A stretch of 64,000 nt of DNA from Candidatus Omnitrophota bacterium (GTDB lineage: Bacteria; Omnitrophota; Gorgyraeia; Gygaellales; Profunditerraquicolaceae), in assembly GCA_026387355.1 (NCBI GenBank), contig JAPLLW010000007.1, forward strand, positions 106,198 through 170,197. The letters are read 5' to 3'. Positions 62,473 to 64,000 of this stretch are shown here, in pieces (within the stretch, counting starts at the first letter, position 1; each line of letters begins with the position of its first letter). The notes under the pieces are model-generated. The model was not told the DNA's origin. It ran no database searches and saw only the letters and a program-made list of their open reading frames with translations. The position numbers were made by a program, and so were the translations under genes.

Positions 62473-63462
62473 TTATTTAAAATCTACATTTTTTATTATA
62501 TTCTCTGCCAATAATTCATTTCCAAAGTTTGAGAAATGTCCTTTGTCAATATATATGCGATCTAAATCGTTAGGATAACCACCAAGTATTGTAAAGTAGT
62601 CTATACAAAAATAGCGTGAATTTCTTTTAAGAAAGAAATCCTGAAACCATAATAAGTCGTTTGTTTTTTCATTAAAATCTCTTTTAGATGGGCTAATAAC
62701 AACAACTAGTTTTGCATTATGCTCAGAAACTGTTTCGTAAATTTTCTCTAGCAGGAGCGATACCACATCTTGACCTACACTTGCATCAAGAACTCTTTGC
62801 CGAGCAATTGAATTAAAGAATTTATTAATTCTCCAACTTTTAGAAGACAAAATTGTTAATATTCTAGACGTACTAAATAAATTCCTTAAATCAAATCGGC
62901 TTATAGGAACGTTTGTTAATACTAGCTGTTTTCCTCTCATGACAAACAAAGGCTTTCGTTTTCCATACGCTACATTCCTTATGGTTTCATTAAAATCATT
63001 ACCAGTATAAATAATCAGTATGACATATTTTAATTTTTTAAATTTTCCAATATGGCGCTTTAAATATATATAGTACTGATCTATGCTGTAGCCCGAAACA
63101 GCCAGATTGCTTACCTGGTAATCAAAAGGCTCTAGTTTGTAATTCAAATAATACGGCATTGTCTCTTTATCTCCTACACCAAAACCCCATGCAACTGAAT
63201 CGCCAAGAATAATTATCTGTTTTTTACTTTGATCTATTTCCTCTGAGCGAAAACCAAGGGAATTCGAGGAAATATCTCCCCAGGCCTGGTTGACATGTCT
63301 ATTTGGAATGGGGCTCCAGCCAATTTCAGAATCAAATCGCGTATTTGGATCGTGCCAATTCCTACTGGCAATCCCTAAAAAATGCATTCTATCGAATATT
63401 AATAAGGGAACAATAAAACTAAGACTTATCAATAACAAGAATACTATATTTATTTTTCTCAT
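62473..63462 (-). CDS. Membrane-anchored SGNH/GDSL hydrolase family protein
   Basis: N-terminal TM helix. SGNH blocks: IILGDSVAWGFG (block I), IIYTGNDF (block III), IDKGHF (block V, DxxH). Confidence 0.7.
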   Translation of the reverse strand: MRKINIVFLLLISLSFIVPLLIFDRMHFLGIASRNWHDPNTRFDSEIGWSPIPNRHVNQAWGDISSNSLGFRSEEIDQSKKQIIILGDSVAWGFGVGDKETMPYYLNYKLEPFDYQVSNLAVSGYSIDQYYIYLKRHIGKFKKLKYVILIIYTGNDFNETIRNVAYGKRKPLFVMRGKQLVLTNVPISRFDLRNLFSTSRILTILSSKSWRINKFFNSIARQRVLDASVGQDVVSLLLEKIYETVSEHNAKLVVVISPSKRDFNEKTNDLLWFQDFFLKRNSRYFCIDYFTILGGYPNDLDRIYIDKGHFSNFGNELLAENIIKNVDFK

Positions 63463-63637
63463 ATTTCTACTTTACTTGAATACTTTTTTGACTTTTCCAC
63501 TTACGTTCTGTTCTTTTTTACGAACTGCATTTTATTCATTAATTCAGCCTCTAAAATTACGATCTCTTAAAATTTCTTTTAAAACTATCCATCTTTCTTA
63601 TTCTAAGGTCAGCTTGAATATATCGTCTTCCTGCATT

Positions 63638-63765
63638 CTAGAACAGCGTATAAATAAAAAGAGCAACCGCGCTACCCTGCGTAAAGAATATACGTGATCC
63701 CAACAACAAAAGCATTATGATTGTCGGAACCAGCCACCCTTCTTCCTCACTCTTAAGAAACCCAA
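63638..63765 (-). pseudogene. DUF5989/SxtK-like small membrane protein, split by a -1 frameshift in a G-run (not in the ORF track)
   Basis: Minus-strand frame 2 from TTG 63765 reads LGFLRVRKKGGW. Frame 1 reads EEGWLVPTIIMLLLLGSRIFFTQGSAVALFIYTLF* with stop at 63638-63640. Together these match the remembered DUF5989 consensus ...FLRERKKWWLLPIILVLLLLG.LIVLTQGSALAPFIYTLF. Confidence 0.4.
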
Positions 63766-63781
63766 AACTCTTTTAATGTGC

Positions 63782-64000
63782 TTAATTTGCCCATAAGCTA
63801 AAATCTCCTCTCGTAATTTGAAAAATCAAATGCTGCTTTATCCTTATTCTTTCAGCATGCCCCCTCTTTATTTTTCTTTCCAGTAAATCATCCCTAAATA
63901 ATCTCATCAACAAACCTACCGGTGTAAAGATCAGGCAAAACATAACGATCAAAATGATTCTTGCATTAATCCAACCTGAAATAAGCGAAAGATACATCCA
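63782..64000 (-). CDS. SxtJ-family membrane protein, C-terminal part (N-terminus beyond the window end)
   Basis: ISGWINARIILIVMFCLIFTPVGLLMRLFRDDLLERKIK matches the conserved GWINTRIIL...TP(I/V)GL(L/I)MRL core of SxtJ-like proteins. The ORF is open to the window edge. Confidence 0.45.
   Translation of the reverse strand, partial: WMYLSLISGWINARIILIVMFCLIFTPVGLLMRLFRDDLLERKIKRGHAERIRIKQHLIFQITRGDFSLWAN

Noticed and set aside
63995-63997. Met at 63995-63997 as the true start of the last ORF
   Set aside because: The frame stays open to the window edge and the residues match the C-terminal half of SxtJ-like proteins, so the gene is treated as 5'-truncated by the window.
1-64000. CRISPR arrays, integrases, transposases or phage genes anywhere in the window
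   Set aside because: No regularly spaced direct repeats and no recombinase-like ORFs were found. The gene content is housekeeping throughout.

Overview
This is a 64 kb chromosomal window from a diderm (lptD, outer-membrane barrel) anaerobic bacterium, moderately AT-rich. Nearly all genes are co-oriented on the minus strand with short gaps or small overlaps; the only confident plus-strand gene is a 1070-aa protein at 12718-15930. I found no integrase, transposase, CRISPR array or other mobile-element hallmark, so this is core-genome sequence.

Content in order along the window:
- 1-4074: edge of a Wood-Ljungdahl carbonyl-branch cluster (acsD 5' end, cooC/acsF, RACo corrinoid activator, acsC).
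- 4087-6462: FmdE-like protein, an apparently orphan LarB homologue, two paralogous HTH_17 proteins (one membrane-anchored, one fused to a bactofilin domain), and MgtC.
- 6474-12597: tsaD, YibQ-like deacetylase, ctpA, gatCAB.
- 12718-15930: plus-strand 1070-aa GH94-like (six-hairpin glycoside hydrolase/phosphorylase-like) protein of uncertain family.
- 15987-18762: secreted TPR protein and a 753-aa outer-membrane barrel-like protein that look like one gene split by a 1-nt frameshift.
- 18866-19195: orphan small ORF with a structured leader.
- 19417-30065: plsY-pgsA-lepB-lepA-cmk-tyrA-aroF-hisC-pheA-scpB-ruvA-ruvC-yebC array.
- 30136-30502: type-A RNase P RNA, identified from exact P4 motifs; the ORF track misreads it as coding.
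- 30525-31904: rnhA, a DUF164 zinc-ribbon protein, tRNA-Val(CAC) and tRNA-Met/Ile2(CAT).
- 31984-39776: cvpA-nif3-dnaG-rpoD array ending in a 1008-aa PAS-GGDEF-HD-GYP protein.
- 39864-46593: UDP-xylose / UDP-2-acetamido-uronate nucleotide-sugar cluster (uxs, wbpP/tviC-like, wbpO/tviB-like, ugd) next to lptD.
- 46594-54132: tal, ROK kinase, two membrane GGDEF cyclases, an orphan MalK/MsiK-type ATPase, accD, DUF1015, FmdB.
- 54145-58983: dnaJ-dnaK-grpE-hrcA operon preceded by a CIRCE operator and a small MerR/HspR-like gene with its own promoter.
- 59012-62382: hflX-miaA-miaB with no hfq.
- 62473-64000: SGNH hydrolase, an unannotated frameshifted DUF5989/SxtK-like micro-ORF, and the 3' part of an SxtJ-like membrane protein.

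Best candidates for undescribed biology:
- the bactofilin-HTH / membrane-HTH pair (5166-5992);
- the SxtJ-DUF5989-SGNH module (62473-64000);
- the HspR-like + CIRCE/HrcA dual-control heat-shock operon (57744-58983);
- the frameshift-split TPR-barrel gene (15987-18800);
- the divergent GH94-like plus-strand gene with near-leaderless promoters (12598-15930).
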